DNA of 64,000 nucleotides from an uncultured bacterium (lineage in GTDB: Bacteria > Patescibacteriota > Minisyncoccia > UBA6257 > 2-01-FULL-56-20): contig OY970358.1 of the NCBI GenBank assembly GCA_963718575.1, positions 578,172 to 642,171 on the forward strand, in the 5' to 3' direction. The notes under the pieces are model-generated. The model was not told the DNA's origin, searched no databases, and saw only the letters and a list, made by a program, of their open reading frames with translations. Below, one piece after another: positions 1 through 8,959 of the stretch. The position numbers and the translations under genes are program-made. Each line of letters begins with the position of its first letter. Position 1 is the first letter of the stretch.

Positions 1-610
1 CCGCTTGCGTCTCAAAGCGATCCGTCGCAAATCCTTCGAGGGCTGTTCTCACATTAGTCGCCTCCGGCTCGTATGGCGTAAGAAGTTTCCCATGGGTCGC
101 TGTTTTGGGCTGACGATAGCCAGGGGGCGGGCAAAATGGCCAATAACCCGCCTCAAGGCGAGCTTTTTGCTTTTGAATCACCTGACGGCGGTTCTGCTTC
201 CGTTCAAGCTCGCCCTGTGCGGCTAAAACGGTTTCGATAAACTCACCCTCCTCGGATTCGTCGAATTTGTAATTAAGACATTCCACCTTAACGCCTCTCG
301 CCTTGAATTCGCGGCGGAGTTTCAAATGAAAAACGGTATCGCGGGCAAATCGCTTGAGGTCATCGAAAACGACGACGTAATTATCCCGATGCGGATGCTT
401 ATCGAGATAGGCGAGTAGGTCTCCCATTGCCGGACGCTCCATGAAATCTCCCGCACCCGTAAAGCTGTCCCTAAACACCCGCTCAACCTTATATTGTTTT
501 TGTCCGCAATAAAGACGACAACGTTGCTCTTGGCTGTCGAGGCCGTGGCCCTCGTTCTTTTGTCGTTCAGATGAGACGCGGCAGTAAATTATGGCGTTGA
601 GTTCGCTCAT
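1..610 (-). CDS. Large serine recombinase, N-terminal part. The gene continues beyond the window start.
   Basis: Minus-strand translation from the ATG at 608-610 reads MSELNAIIYCRVSSERQ...VVVFDDLKRFARD...GYWPFCPPPGY. This matches the resolvase catalytic domain plus the recombinase domain. The ORF track missed it because it runs off the window edge. Confidence 0.8.
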   Translation of the reverse strand, partial: MSELNAIIYCRVSSERQKNEGHGLDSQEQRCRLYCGQKQYKVERVFRDSFTGAGDFMERPAMGDLLAYLDKHPHRDNYVVVFDDLKRFARDTVFHLKLRREFKARGVKVECLNYKFDESEEGEFIETVLAAQGELERKQNRRQVIQKQKARLEAGYWPFCPPPGYRQPKTATHGKLLTPYEPEATNVRTALEGFATDRFETQA

Positions 611-759
611 GCTTTTTTATTTTTTTTCTGGCGACGGGCCTTAATAGCGTTTTGAGACCACTCCTTCATTTTCCCGCTTTCCTGGCGAGCCTTCACGGAC
701 GCAACTCCTCCGCGCCGCCCCATTTCCCTCATAACCTTACTGATCGTCTTTTTGTCCAT
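607..759 (-). CDS. Small basic protein of 50 aa, translationally coupled to the serine recombinase through an ATGA overlap. Possible accessory or directionality factor.
   Basis: Read directly from the sequence: MDKKTISKVMREMGRRGGVASVKARQESGKMKEWSQNAIKARRQKKNKKA. Its stop overlaps the recombinase start. Confidence 0.3.
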   Translation of the reverse strand: MDKKTISKVMREMGRRGGVASVKARQESGKMKEWSQNAIKARRQKKNKKA

Positions 760-1307
760 ATCTTTATTCTAACCGCTTAGTTATCTTATAGCAAATGGCC
801 TATTTCGGCATGCTATCGAAGTAGCGATTGAGGATTCTTTCGAGGATGGGATCAAGTGTATCGCGTAACTCAAGAAGCTCTTGATCGGAGAGTTCGTTTT
901 CACTGTCTATTTTTCTTAATTGTTCAAGAGATAACACAAAAGGCCGCCCTTTGGCGGGTGGAGATAATAAAAATGACCTTTATTCCACTCGCTGAGGACG
1001 GCCCAATGCCTTTCAGCTAATAAAAACTAGCTATTGAATTAATTTAATTTTACGCTTTTCGCGGCGGTTGTCAACTAAGCCGATTAGAGGTATCTTGATG
1101 ATAACAACTGAATATAAGTCGCCTAAACCTTTGAGCAATCAAGGCATGGCGCAAAACTCCCTTCGCAGATACCAAACTCCACGTTCGGCTATTCTGCGAA
1201 GGGTCATATCTCGAAAGGGATATGGGCATCGCAAGATGCCAGCCAGCGTGGAGTTTTGTGCTAAATAGGCCGATCCACGCTCCAGTAAAAATAAAATAAT
1301 TTTCAAA

Positions 1308-1841
1308 ATGAACTTAACATCAATCTTAACTTTACTTCAACTGGTACTCGCTCTGTTGAGCAATCCTACGACAGCGAATAATCCTCAAATACAGACATTA
1401 GCGCAGTCTGCAGTTTCAGACGCAGCGCAAGCGATTGCGCAACAACAGACACCGACTCAGGTTTCAAATTCAGCGACGGCGGTGGCAACGACCACATCAA
1501 GCCCCACCTCAACACCGACAGTTTATAACCCACAAGTTCCGATAGGCAACCATGAAATTGTTGGGGCCACATCCACGCCAATCACAGCTCCATATCTTAC
1601 CTATGGCGGATTGGATTATGCCGACACGACATCGGACATGACGATTATAAATGAACTGAATCAAGATAACATAATTTGCGTGATGCATTATCAGACAAGC
1701 AACGGACAGCTAGAACAAAACACGGTGGTTACCAATTATTACGGAGTAAATGGCTTGGAGCCGAACGGACAGCTGGAAGATTGTTTGCAACAAGAGGATG
1801 AGCTACAGGGCGAGTTGATCCCGTTTGTAAATAATCTATAA
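1308..1841 (+). CDS. Secreted hypothetical protein with an N-terminal signal peptide.
   Basis: ORF track. Hydrophobic N-terminus followed by a Thr/Ser/Gln-rich low-complexity region. Confidence 0.45.
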   Translation: MNLTSILTLLQLVLALLSNPTTANNPQIQTLAQSAVSDAAQAIAQQQTPTQVSNSATAVATTTSSPTSTPTVYNPQVPIGNHEIVGATSTPITAPYLTYGGLDYADTTSDMTIINELNQDNIICVMHYQTSNGQLEQNTVVTNYYGVNGLEPNGQLEDCLQQEDELQGELIPFVNNL

Positions 1842-1842
1842 A

Positions 1843-2684
1843 ATGCATAGCCTTGAAAACAAAGAAATTCCGAGCGAGATTAGGGGTTGGAACTGGGGCG
1901 CATTTTTCCTGTCTTGGATTTGGGGTCTCGGCAACAATACCTATATCGCCCTCCTAGCGTTAATACCAATCGTCAATCTCGTTTTTATTTTTATCCTTGG
2001 AGCGAAGGGCAACGAGTGGGCATGGAAAAATAAAAACTGGAAAAGTGTCGAGGATTTTAAGGACGCTCAGCGCAAATGGCGCAACGCTGGATGGATTGTG
2101 TGGGGAATATCCATCTTGATTGTTCTGGCTGTAATAATCGGCGCGGCTTCTGAACGGCCCAGAATAATTCTCCGGCGGCATATCAGCCACCGCAGCAGAC
2201 AACTCAATCCGTGCCGCAAGCACCACAAACAGAAACTCCGCAACAGTTCTTTGGGGGTACATCAAATCAACCACAATCTTCGCAAGGTGCGTCAAACGAG
2301 GGTGCAACGCTCCAACAATCATCAGAAGACGGTCCTACCGCCCCGCCTTGGCCAACATCATACAACGCAACGATCGTGGAATCATATTCTTCGGGTGTCT
2401 ATAACGCCAATTACTACGTTACGTTTGATAATAAAACTTACGTTGCAAATTCTACCCAATACGTTCTTGCTGGCTTTGAAAAATATCCAATCAGCGATAT
2501 TCATCCATGGGGAGAGGTGTATATGTCGTTTTCTTGTGCGGATCAATATGAAGCAAACTACGCAGTAACCGATGCTTCTTCCGTCTATCCCTACAATACT
2601 CCGTGGATGCAAGGCGGTATCAATGGTATCGACTTATCGAATAATGAGCCAAACGAAGTTTCCTTTACTTGTGTTCAAAATTGA
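1843..2684 (+). pseudogene. Membrane-anchored secreted protein split by an apparent single-nucleotide frameshift near 2150-2155.
   Basis: The frame of ORF 1843 has a membrane N-terminus (GWNWGAFFLSWIWG...ILIVLAVIIGAAS), then degenerates into Arg/His-rich nonsense. The frame of ORF 2211 opens at 2154 as a Q/P/T-rich linker (TAQNNSPAAYQPPQQTTQSVPQAPQ...) followed by a globular C-terminal domain. Confidence 0.4.
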
Positions 2685-2921
2685 TCCGTTTCCGATAGGG
2701 ATTAAAGTCGGCTCCATTTAATTTCTCTGATTGTGTAGATATGGCCCAACTCTGGTTTGTCTCCGCGTTTGATTGAAAATTGAGACTGAAATTTTTGTCC
2801 CGATAGGTTTTCGTATTCAAAAATCGCGGTCACTTCTTGCCCATAATTTATATTATTAAAAACAATCGTTGGAGCTATCGCACTATTTCCAGATTGAATC
2901 GGATTAACTGGGCCGGAAAAA

Positions 2922-3140
2922 TTAAAGAAGTTCTGTTATTTGCGATGGACAATGACCACTTTTCTCCGTAATGTTTCTGGCGGTTGTTGTTCCAATATTG
3001 CGTAATGCGAAGTATGGATAGGAAGAAACCAATGTTAAGCGTGGTTCTTGTCCTGTCCTAAAGGCTCTTACGGCATAAGTGGCCGCAATCGCAGAGGCGC
3101 ACAATGCTAAAACACCAACGATTAGATTTGCAATGTTCAT
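2922..3140 (-). CDS. Small membrane or secreted protein.
   Basis: ORF track. Hydrophobic N-terminus. ATGA overlap with the upstream ORF 3137-3370. Confidence 0.3.
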   Translation of the reverse strand: MNIANLIVGVLALCASAIAATYAVRAFRTGQEPRLTLVSSYPYFALRNIGTTTARNITEKSGHCPSQITELL

Positions 3141-3370
3141 GAGTTAAGATTATTTCCATCCCGCAGGGCGATTTCTTCGGGCGATCCATACTCGACAATG
3201 TTAATGGTGTATGGCTCGGTCGCTTCAATAACTTTGCGCTTGTCGGCAAAATAGCCTGCCCTATCGAGAATATCTTTTGAGGCGGCAAGTTGGACGTATT
3301 CATTCTCCGCTTCCTGCGAGAGCTGAAATATCTTTGTTATGGCAGGAGCTGCGTATTGATCTGTAAACAA
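3137..3370 (-). CDS. Hypothetical protein.
   Basis: ORF track. Forms an overlapping pair with 2922-3140. Confidence 0.3.
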   Translation of the reverse strand: MFTDQYAAPAITKIFQLSQEAENEYVQLAASKDILDRAGYFADKRKVIEATEPYTINIVEYGSPEEIALRDGNNLNS

Positions 3371-3974
3371 GTCCGTACATACTCCCGAATGTTAGGTTTT
3401 GTGAGGTTCTCACTTCCTATTGCCCTAGCCGTAGCCCTATTTTCGGGGCTTGTAAGCCCTCATAGCGGCTTCCGTGGCGTTTCCCGTCTCAAGATACTCC
3501 TGCGCAAATTTCTCTTGTTTTAGGGTTAATTCTTCCCTCATTTGCCCTCATTTTACCATCTTTCTACGATGTAAGAAAAGTCGGTCTTAGCGATGTTAGA
3601 AAACTCCATTTTTTGCCGCTTTATTATTAGATAGTTTTTTTGAAGATATGGAGATTGGCCACACTTTTTTCAAGTGGCTAGCCACTTGCCGCCCCGAAGC
3701 CGAAGAAAAAAGCTAAATCACGAAGATGGTTTTTTCCGTTTTAAGATATATATTAACCTCTTAAGGCGAGAACGCCATTTACCATTGGGGTAAAAGTGAT
3801 ATTTTTTATTACTGTGTAGTTCGTAGATATAGAACTTATAAACATCTTCTGGGGCTGGCTGCGGTGTAAAAGTAAACTCTAATCCCCAATCAGTTGACAG
3901 AAGAATTGCATATTGATTATTAGGTTTTTCAACTTCATTTCCCTTTCCCCAAAAATCTCTATAGCCATATCGAG

Positions 3975-4000
3975 GGGATTTATATACAACGTTACCCTAA
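3975..4000. repeat. Left terminal inverted repeat, 26 bp.
   Basis: Exact reverse complement of 6897-6922. Confidence 0.85.
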
Positions 4001-4494
4001 CTTAAAAGTCCGTTATTAACGATTTTTTGGAACTCGCTCATATTGTACACGCCGATAAGAGCGCGTTCGGGATTGGCTTGGTCTTTGAGCCATTTCATCG
4101 CGGCAGGTTTGTAGCCGCCTCCGTCTAGTAAGATGATTGTCGGTACGCCGATTTTCATAATGTTAAAAAGCGTAAAGGGATATTTTTCGTCCACGCTTCC
4201 GGCACTCTGTTGCCACTTGCACTCAATAATAAGCCCATCGGGAAACTTCTCTTTGTTAAGGATGAGAAAATCGCACTTGCGCTGGGTTTCGTAGATGCTC
4301 GTACCACACGGCACTTGGGTAGCAAATTGCTTTCCACCTACCGCTTTTCTATTGGCGAACACTTGTTCTTTATGATCCCAAAACCTCTCATATCCCTCGC
4401 GCTTCAATATGTCTTCAATAAAACCCTCAAGGCGATTGCCTGTGTGATTTGCGCGTCCGCCGCCGTTAGGAGTAGTTTCGGATAATAAGCTCAT
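3997..4494 (-). CDS. Putative type II restriction endonuclease, a small PD-(D/E)xK nuclease, probably partner of the Dam-type methyltransferase.
   Basis: The start (MSLLSETTPNGGG) overlaps the methyltransferase stop by about 29 nt. The motif CDFLILN...IIECKWQ fits a D...ExK nuclease core. Confidence 0.45.
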   Translation of the reverse strand: MSLLSETTPNGGGRANHTGNRLEGFIEDILKREGYERFWDHKEQVFANRKAVGGKQFATQVPCGTSIYETQRKCDFLILNKEKFPDGLIIECKWQQSAGSVDEKYPFTLFNIMKIGVPTIILLDGGGYKPAAMKWLKDQANPERALIGVYNMSEFQKIVNNGLLS

Positions 4495-5347
4495 TTTCCT
4501 TGCCCCGTTGGTTCGCTTTGCATGACACCATGCGCGAAGCCGATACCTTTTCAATAGTATAGCCCTTGTAGAGCTTCCGCACAAAGGGGGTGTCGGAATT
4601 GGATAGCATGAACTTCGCGCCTTTGTCGTCTATGCGCTTGGCGAACGCCGCAAGCGCAATATGCTCCGCATCCCCGAAACCGCCGCCGGAATAGCCGCTA
4701 TAGGTTTCATGGTATGGCGGATCGAGATAAAAGAAGTCGCCCACGCGCGGCTTCAATTGGTCAAAGTTTTGTTGCACGATGTCCTTACCCTCTAAGAGCT
4801 TCGCGCACGCCCATAGGTTCGGCTCGTCCACGATAAGGGGGTTTTTGTAGTCGCCCATCGGCACATTGAAAAAGCCGCTCTTATTCACGCGATACAAGCC
4901 GTTATAGCAGGTCTTATTGAGATAGATGAAAAGCGCGGCAATAAGTACGGGGTCTTTTTCCTTGAACAGTAAAAGGCGAGCTTTCGCGTAGAACTTTGCA
5001 TCATGCTTTTTCTCCATGATTTTGAGCTGTGCAATAACCCTATCAACGTGATCACGCACCGATTGGAACGTAACGATAAGATGAAAGTTGATGTCGGATA
5101 GGAACGCCTTTTGCGGTTGCACCGCGAAGAACAACGCACCGCCGCCTAAAAATGGCTCATAGTATCGCCCGTACTCTTTTGGCATACGCTCCAACAGATC
5201 GGGGAGTATTGAACGCTTGCCACCCACCCATTTGAGAAATGGACGCGCCGCCGTTTTGGTTTCCGGCTTTTGCTCATTCGCTATGCTGGTAAGGACTTCA
5301 TCGAACGCTCCAACTAACGGCTTGTGCATTTTTGGTTCTCGGCTCAT
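4466..5347 (-). CDS. Dam-family N6-adenine DNA methyltransferase (alpha group).
   Basis: FLKWVGGKRSILPDLL and EPFLGGGALFF (motif I, FxGxG) and YLDPPY (motif IV, DPPY) read directly from the ORF. Confidence 0.85.
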   Translation of the reverse strand: MSREPKMHKPLVGAFDEVLTSIANEQKPETKTAARPFLKWVGGKRSILPDLLERMPKEYGRYYEPFLGGGALFFAVQPQKAFLSDINFHLIVTFQSVRDHVDRVIAQLKIMEKKHDAKFYAKARLLLFKEKDPVLIAALFIYLNKTCYNGLYRVNKSGFFNVPMGDYKNPLIVDEPNLWACAKLLEGKDIVQQNFDQLKPRVGDFFYLDPPYHETYSGYSGGGFGDAEHIALAAFAKRIDDKGAKFMLSNSDTPFVRKLYKGYTIEKVSASRMVSCKANQRGKENELIIRNYS

Positions 5348-6261
5348 TTGGTTAGTGCTTTATATTTGAGTGTATCATTCTGGCTCACGTTCCGCACGAC
5401 CTCTGCGAACGTGTTGCTCAATTCGCCCGTCCGCACGTTAAAGCGGTAGGTAAACTCATCAACGTATCGCTGTAGGTGCTTCCGGCTCATGTGATGATAC
5501 GTTCCGATATAGCCCCGCTTGAAGATAGCCCAAAAGCTCTCGATGCCGTTTGAGTGGATGTTGCCCTTGCGGACGTACTGCCCGCGCTCATGCCGCACTA
5601 CCTCGTGCTTGAACAGTTTGCCGATGCTCTTGTACGAGCCGAAGTTATCCGTGTAGAGGTTTGAGCCGATTTTCATGTTCTCGATGATGTGCTGTTCTAT
5701 CGTCCGCATCTTGGTATCGCTCAACACTTCCGCTTTAAGCGTGCCGCCGCGCTCCAACATTCCGAACACTGGGGCTTTCGTAGCGATGCTACGTCCTTGC
5801 GTGTGTGCCGTCCTCTTGTTCGCGTGTTTGTTTTTTTCCTTGCCGCCCACATACGTTTCATCCATCTCGATAGTGCCGAACAACTGCCCCTTATTCTGTA
5901 TCATCGCCTTGCGGATGCGATGATCCATGAACCACGCCGTCTTTTGCGTTACGCCTACCTGCGCCGCAAGGGAGATGGACGAGATGCCCTTTTTCGCGGT
6001 GGTCAAAAGGTAGATAGCGACAAACCACTTTTGCATCGGCACTTTGCTCTCGCCGAATATGGTCTTGGTCTTTATCGTGAAGTCCTTTTTGCACTTCGCG
6101 CAACGATACCGCTTGCCATCGGCGAAATGGTTGATTTTGTTGAAGCCACAATGCGGGCAATACTCGCCATCCTTGAAGCGGATTTGCTCGAAGTATTTGA
6201 TGCACGTCTGCTCGTCCTTGAAGTAGGACACGAACTCTAAGAGGGTTTTGAAGTTTGTCAT
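5344..6261 (-). CDS. IS1595-family transposase (ISXO2-like DDE).
   Basis: N-terminal zinc ribbon (CPHCG...CAKCKK) followed by a DDE domain. Likely start is MTNFKTLL at 6261 with a promoter immediately upstream. The stop overlaps the methyltransferase start (ATGA). Confidence 0.8.
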   Translation of the reverse strand: MTNFKTLLEFVSYFKDEQTCIKYFEQIRFKDGEYCPHCGFNKINHFADGKRYRCAKCKKDFTIKTKTIFGESKVPMQKWFVAIYLLTTAKKGISSISLAAQVGVTQKTAWFMDHRIRKAMIQNKGQLFGTIEMDETYVGGKEKNKHANKRTAHTQGRSIATKAPVFGMLERGGTLKAEVLSDTKMRTIEQHIIENMKIGSNLYTDNFGSYKSIGKLFKHEVVRHERGQYVRKGNIHSNGIESFWAIFKRGYIGTYHHMSRKHLQRYVDEFTYRFNVRTGELSNTFAEVVRNVSQNDTLKYKALTK

Positions 6262-6267
6262 ACCTCC

Positions 6268-6296
6268 AGTGTATAGGATCAGAATAGGGTTGTCAA
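6268..6296 (-). promoter_or_regulatory. Sigma70-like promoter TTGACA-17-TACACT, 6 nt upstream of the transposase ATG. Suggests a leaderless transcript.
   Basis: Reverse complement of 6291-6296 is TTGACA. Reverse complement of 6268-6273 is TACACT. Confidence 0.4.
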
Positions 6297-6392
6297 GTCC
6301 GAATTGGGGATAACTAAATGGGGACATAATAGGGCTATTTTTTCCAATCTTGAACTATTGATCGATTTTGATATGTAGTATAATGTAAGCAC

Positions 6393-6614
6393 ATGGCATT
6401 AAGTTCCGAAGACAAAATCATCAAAGAGGGAGAAACTGAAAAGCAGGGATTTTCGGTTACTTTTACGAACGGCACACTTGCACAGCTTGAAGAATTGAAA
6501 GAGTTTTTTAAGAAAGCCGATAAGCTCGATGTAATAAAGTTAGCCATCTCGATTTTGCAAAATGCGAAGGAAGCGCAAGAGAAAAAACCTGCGCCGACAA
6601 CGCCGCCAAAATGA
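6393..6614 (+). CDS. Small hypothetical protein inside the element, divergent from the transposase.
   Basis: ORF track. A TATAAT-like hexamer lies at about 6378-6383. Confidence 0.35.
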   Translation: MALSSEDKIIKEGETEKQGFSVTFTNGTLAQLEELKEFFKKADKLDVIKLAISILQNAKEAQEKKPAPTTPPK

Positions 6615-6615
6615 T

Positions 6616-6900
6616 ATGGCAGATCATCTCGAACATGAACAGCTTGGAGATAGAATATCGGGTAGTTTGTCCGATGATGTCTTTGAGGGCTTACAGCATG
6701 AAAAGAGCCGACTACACATCACAAAAATCGTAGAGGAATATACTAAGCACGAGGATTTTATAGAGAGAGTGAGAAAATACGCTGGACAAGAAATGGACTC
6801 GCGCCTTTTTATAAGTTCAAAGTTTTGGCTAACAACGATATTAGCCGCCTTGGTTTCAGGATTGATCGGCGGTTGGCTCGTTCACATTTTCGGACATTAG
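6616..6900 (+). CDS. Hypothetical protein with a C-terminal transmembrane helix. Its stop codon lies inside IR-R.
   Basis: In-frame ATG (MADHLEHEQ) 2 nt after the stop of the previous ORF. The listed ORF start at 6562 is an upstream over-extension. Confidence 0.35.
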   Translation: MADHLEHEQLGDRISGSLSDDVFEGLQHEKSRLHITKIVEEYTKHEDFIERVRKYAGQEMDSRLFISSKFWLTTILAALVSGLIGGWLVHIFGH

Positions 6901-6922
6901 GGTAACGTTGTATATAAATCCC
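6897..6922. repeat. Right terminal inverted repeat, 26 bp.
   Basis: Exact reverse complement of 3975-4000. Confidence 0.85.
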
Positions 6923-7477
6923 TTAAAAAATACAGATCTTCGAGCGATTAATGATGCGGAGCTTATTGAAGATGGGGCGAAAAATGTAAATCAAGAAATA
7001 ACTGAGCAGCCTCGATTAGAGGTTACGGGCCGTCAAATTCAAGAAGCCGAGTGGCTGAAAGAGTTGTATAAAAAAGTGCAACAATCTTTGCCAATTGGTA
7101 CTCAATTTAGAATCATTGGTGATTATGTCGGCGGTACATCCACTACGGACGCATCAGTATCCCGTACGGGTAAAACTGTTACAAGGGAGTATGATAATTT
7201 CCAACCCAGCGGAGATTGGAAATCGGGCATTATCGAAGAATCGCCAAATAAAGACTTAAAATTTTATGTACGTGTCGATGGTCTGCCTGATGGTCATAAT
7301 CAATACGAAATTAAAAACGTAACGCCAACCTTAGATGGAAAAGTAATGATGATATCGGGCAGGGCCACTCCCCAAACCCTTGGCCTCGCGCGCAGAACTT
7401 TCGTTACAAACATATCTTCCAAAGATAAGAATGAGATTGTGCCCAATGAAGAGCTTGCTCCCTATTACTTGAAGTGA
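6908..7477 (+). CDS. Hypothetical protein.
   Basis: ORF track. Confidence 0.4.
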   Translation: MYINPLKNTDLRAINDAELIEDGAKNVNQEITEQPRLEVTGRQIQEAEWLKELYKKVQQSLPIGTQFRIIGDYVGGTSTTDASVSRTGKTVTREYDNFQPSGDWKSGIIEESPNKDLKFYVRVDGLPDGHNQYEIKNVTPTLDGKVMMISGRATPQTLGLARRTFVTNISSKDKNEIVPNEELAPYYLK

Positions 7478-7672
7478 TTAGAATCTCGTTCGTCGGATTG
7501 ACTTAAACCAAATCTGACCCCGTTCATCCGTTATCAGGACATTGCCACCATTAGTTTGAGCTGAATATATTATAATTCGTTTATAAAAGTTTGCCACCTG
7601 TCCGGTTCGTCTCCACAAATCATTGACTAATAGTATTTATTATGTTATCCTAATCGACGGAGGATTTTGACA

Positions 7673-8683
7673 ATGCAGGTAGGAATTGAAAGCGATCCAG
7701 TTTTTCCTCTTACGTATGCTCTGCAAGTTGTCGAGCATGCTAGGCGGCAACGTCGGCGGCATCGTAACCCATCGTTGTCTTTCTTTGGAGAACGGAATCC
7801 CCGGAAGGCACTCTCGCTGGCTCTCAAGGTCATCGAGAAGCCGGAAGGGATCATTCGCGACAGGCTTTTGGGGTTGCGGGAGTACATGCCCGGCCAGACC
7901 GACATCGTCTACTCATTCGGCAAGTATCTCGCCGATCACATGAACCCGAATATCGTTCCCCAGGGCTTTGTTCTTGGAGCGCATCTGGCGCTCTATGACA
8001 TCGAGCAGGGGGTCGACAGTCGGAGTAACAAGAAGATCGGTGGGTCGCTGGCAGGTCAACAGCCAATGATCTATCGGATTCTCGAGATGGAGATTCCGCT
8101 CATCGCCCGAGCCATCTTCCCGCACGATTTTGCGGGCAAGGTGGATCGGATCACTGAAATGGTCAATGATCACGTCAACGCGAAGGTCAAGGCTGCAAAA
8201 GCTGCAGCGCCACCCGCAGTTTTGCCCAATAATCCACTCAAGGTTTACGCGGCCGCACGACGGATTGCAGACATCGCAATCGAAGTCTGGGGTGAAGAGG
8301 ATGCGTTTCTGATTGATCAACGGAAGGAGCGCGTGAACCCCTTCTATAACCAAACCACCGGCGGCCTCTTCATTGAGCAGTACTACGGCAAGCCCGGCAG
8401 CATCTGGACTCCATGGGGCAAGTGGAGTTGCTGGGGAAGCGGTTCCGGCTTCGACGAACTCATGAAAAAGTTCCTGGATCGCATCGGCAAGGTGGAGATG
8501 GCTGTCCCTGTGCGCACTACTGAAATGGGAGTTTTCGGCCCAGTTTATGCTGTACTCGAAGTTGATGGCGTTGCTCTTCCCAAGGCAGAGAATCGCGAAA
8601 GTCTTTCGTACATCGAGTACGAGGAGGCCAATCGGCTTTGGGCGGAGGTTGGCGTCGCTTATCAGTCACAATTAGTATCGTAG
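7673..8683 (+). CDS. Hypothetical protein encoded in a markedly GC-rich segment relative to its flanks.
   Basis: ORF track. GGAGG about 9 nt upstream of the ATG at 7673. Compositional contrast with the AT-rich neighbourhood. Confidence 0.5.
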   Translation: MQVGIESDPVFPLTYALQVVEHARRQRRRHRNPSLSFFGERNPRKALSLALKVIEKPEGIIRDRLLGLREYMPGQTDIVYSFGKYLADHMNPNIVPQGFVLGAHLALYDIEQGVDSRSNKKIGGSLAGQQPMIYRILEMEIPLIARAIFPHDFAGKVDRITEMVNDHVNAKVKAAKAAAPPAVLPNNPLKVYAAARRIADIAIEVWGEEDAFLIDQRKERVNPFYNQTTGGLFIEQYYGKPGSIWTPWGKWSCWGSGSGFDELMKKFLDRIGKVEMAVPVRTTEMGVFGPVYAVLEVDGVALPKAENRESLSYIEYEEANRLWAEVGVAYQSQLVS

Positions 8684-8709
8684 TTTGATCGGCTCCGGCC
8701 GATCATCAA

Positions 8710-8748
8710 CGGCGAGGCGCTTCACAGCCCTCGCCGTTTTCTTTTCCT
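8710..8748 (+). terminator. Rho-independent terminator.
   Basis: Stem CGGCGAGG / CCTCGCCG followed by TTTTCTTTTCC. A second palindrome GATCGGC-TCCG-GCCGATC lies just upstream. Confidence 0.6.
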
Positions 8749-8959
8749 GATTCAATTCCCAATATGTGTAGTAGCAGGTTTGTATCTTTAGGATTTTTGA
8801 GCCATTTGGCGCTCTTCTAGGCGCTCGCCCCACTCCAAAATGAACGATTCCAAGGCCGTTCCAATTATTTTCAACCATGTCCACAGGGTCTTATATAAAC
8901 ACAGTATTTTGTGAAACCTTCTTTTTCACCAGGAGGACTTTTTAATAACGAACGACGCA

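Larger units (their letters stand above)
3975..6922. mobile_element. Composite IS1595-family element of 2948 bp, bounded by perfect 26-bp inverted repeats. It carries a transposase, a Dam-type methyltransferase, a small nuclease and two small ORFs.
   Basis: IR-L at 3975-4000 is gggatttatatacaacgttaccctaa. IR-R at 6897-6922 is its exact reverse complement. Both repeats overlap the stop codons of the terminal genes. Confidence 0.6.

Noticed and set aside
5689-6240. Plus-strand ORFs inside the transposase gene.
   Set aside because: Antisense to the IS1595 transposase. No motifs.
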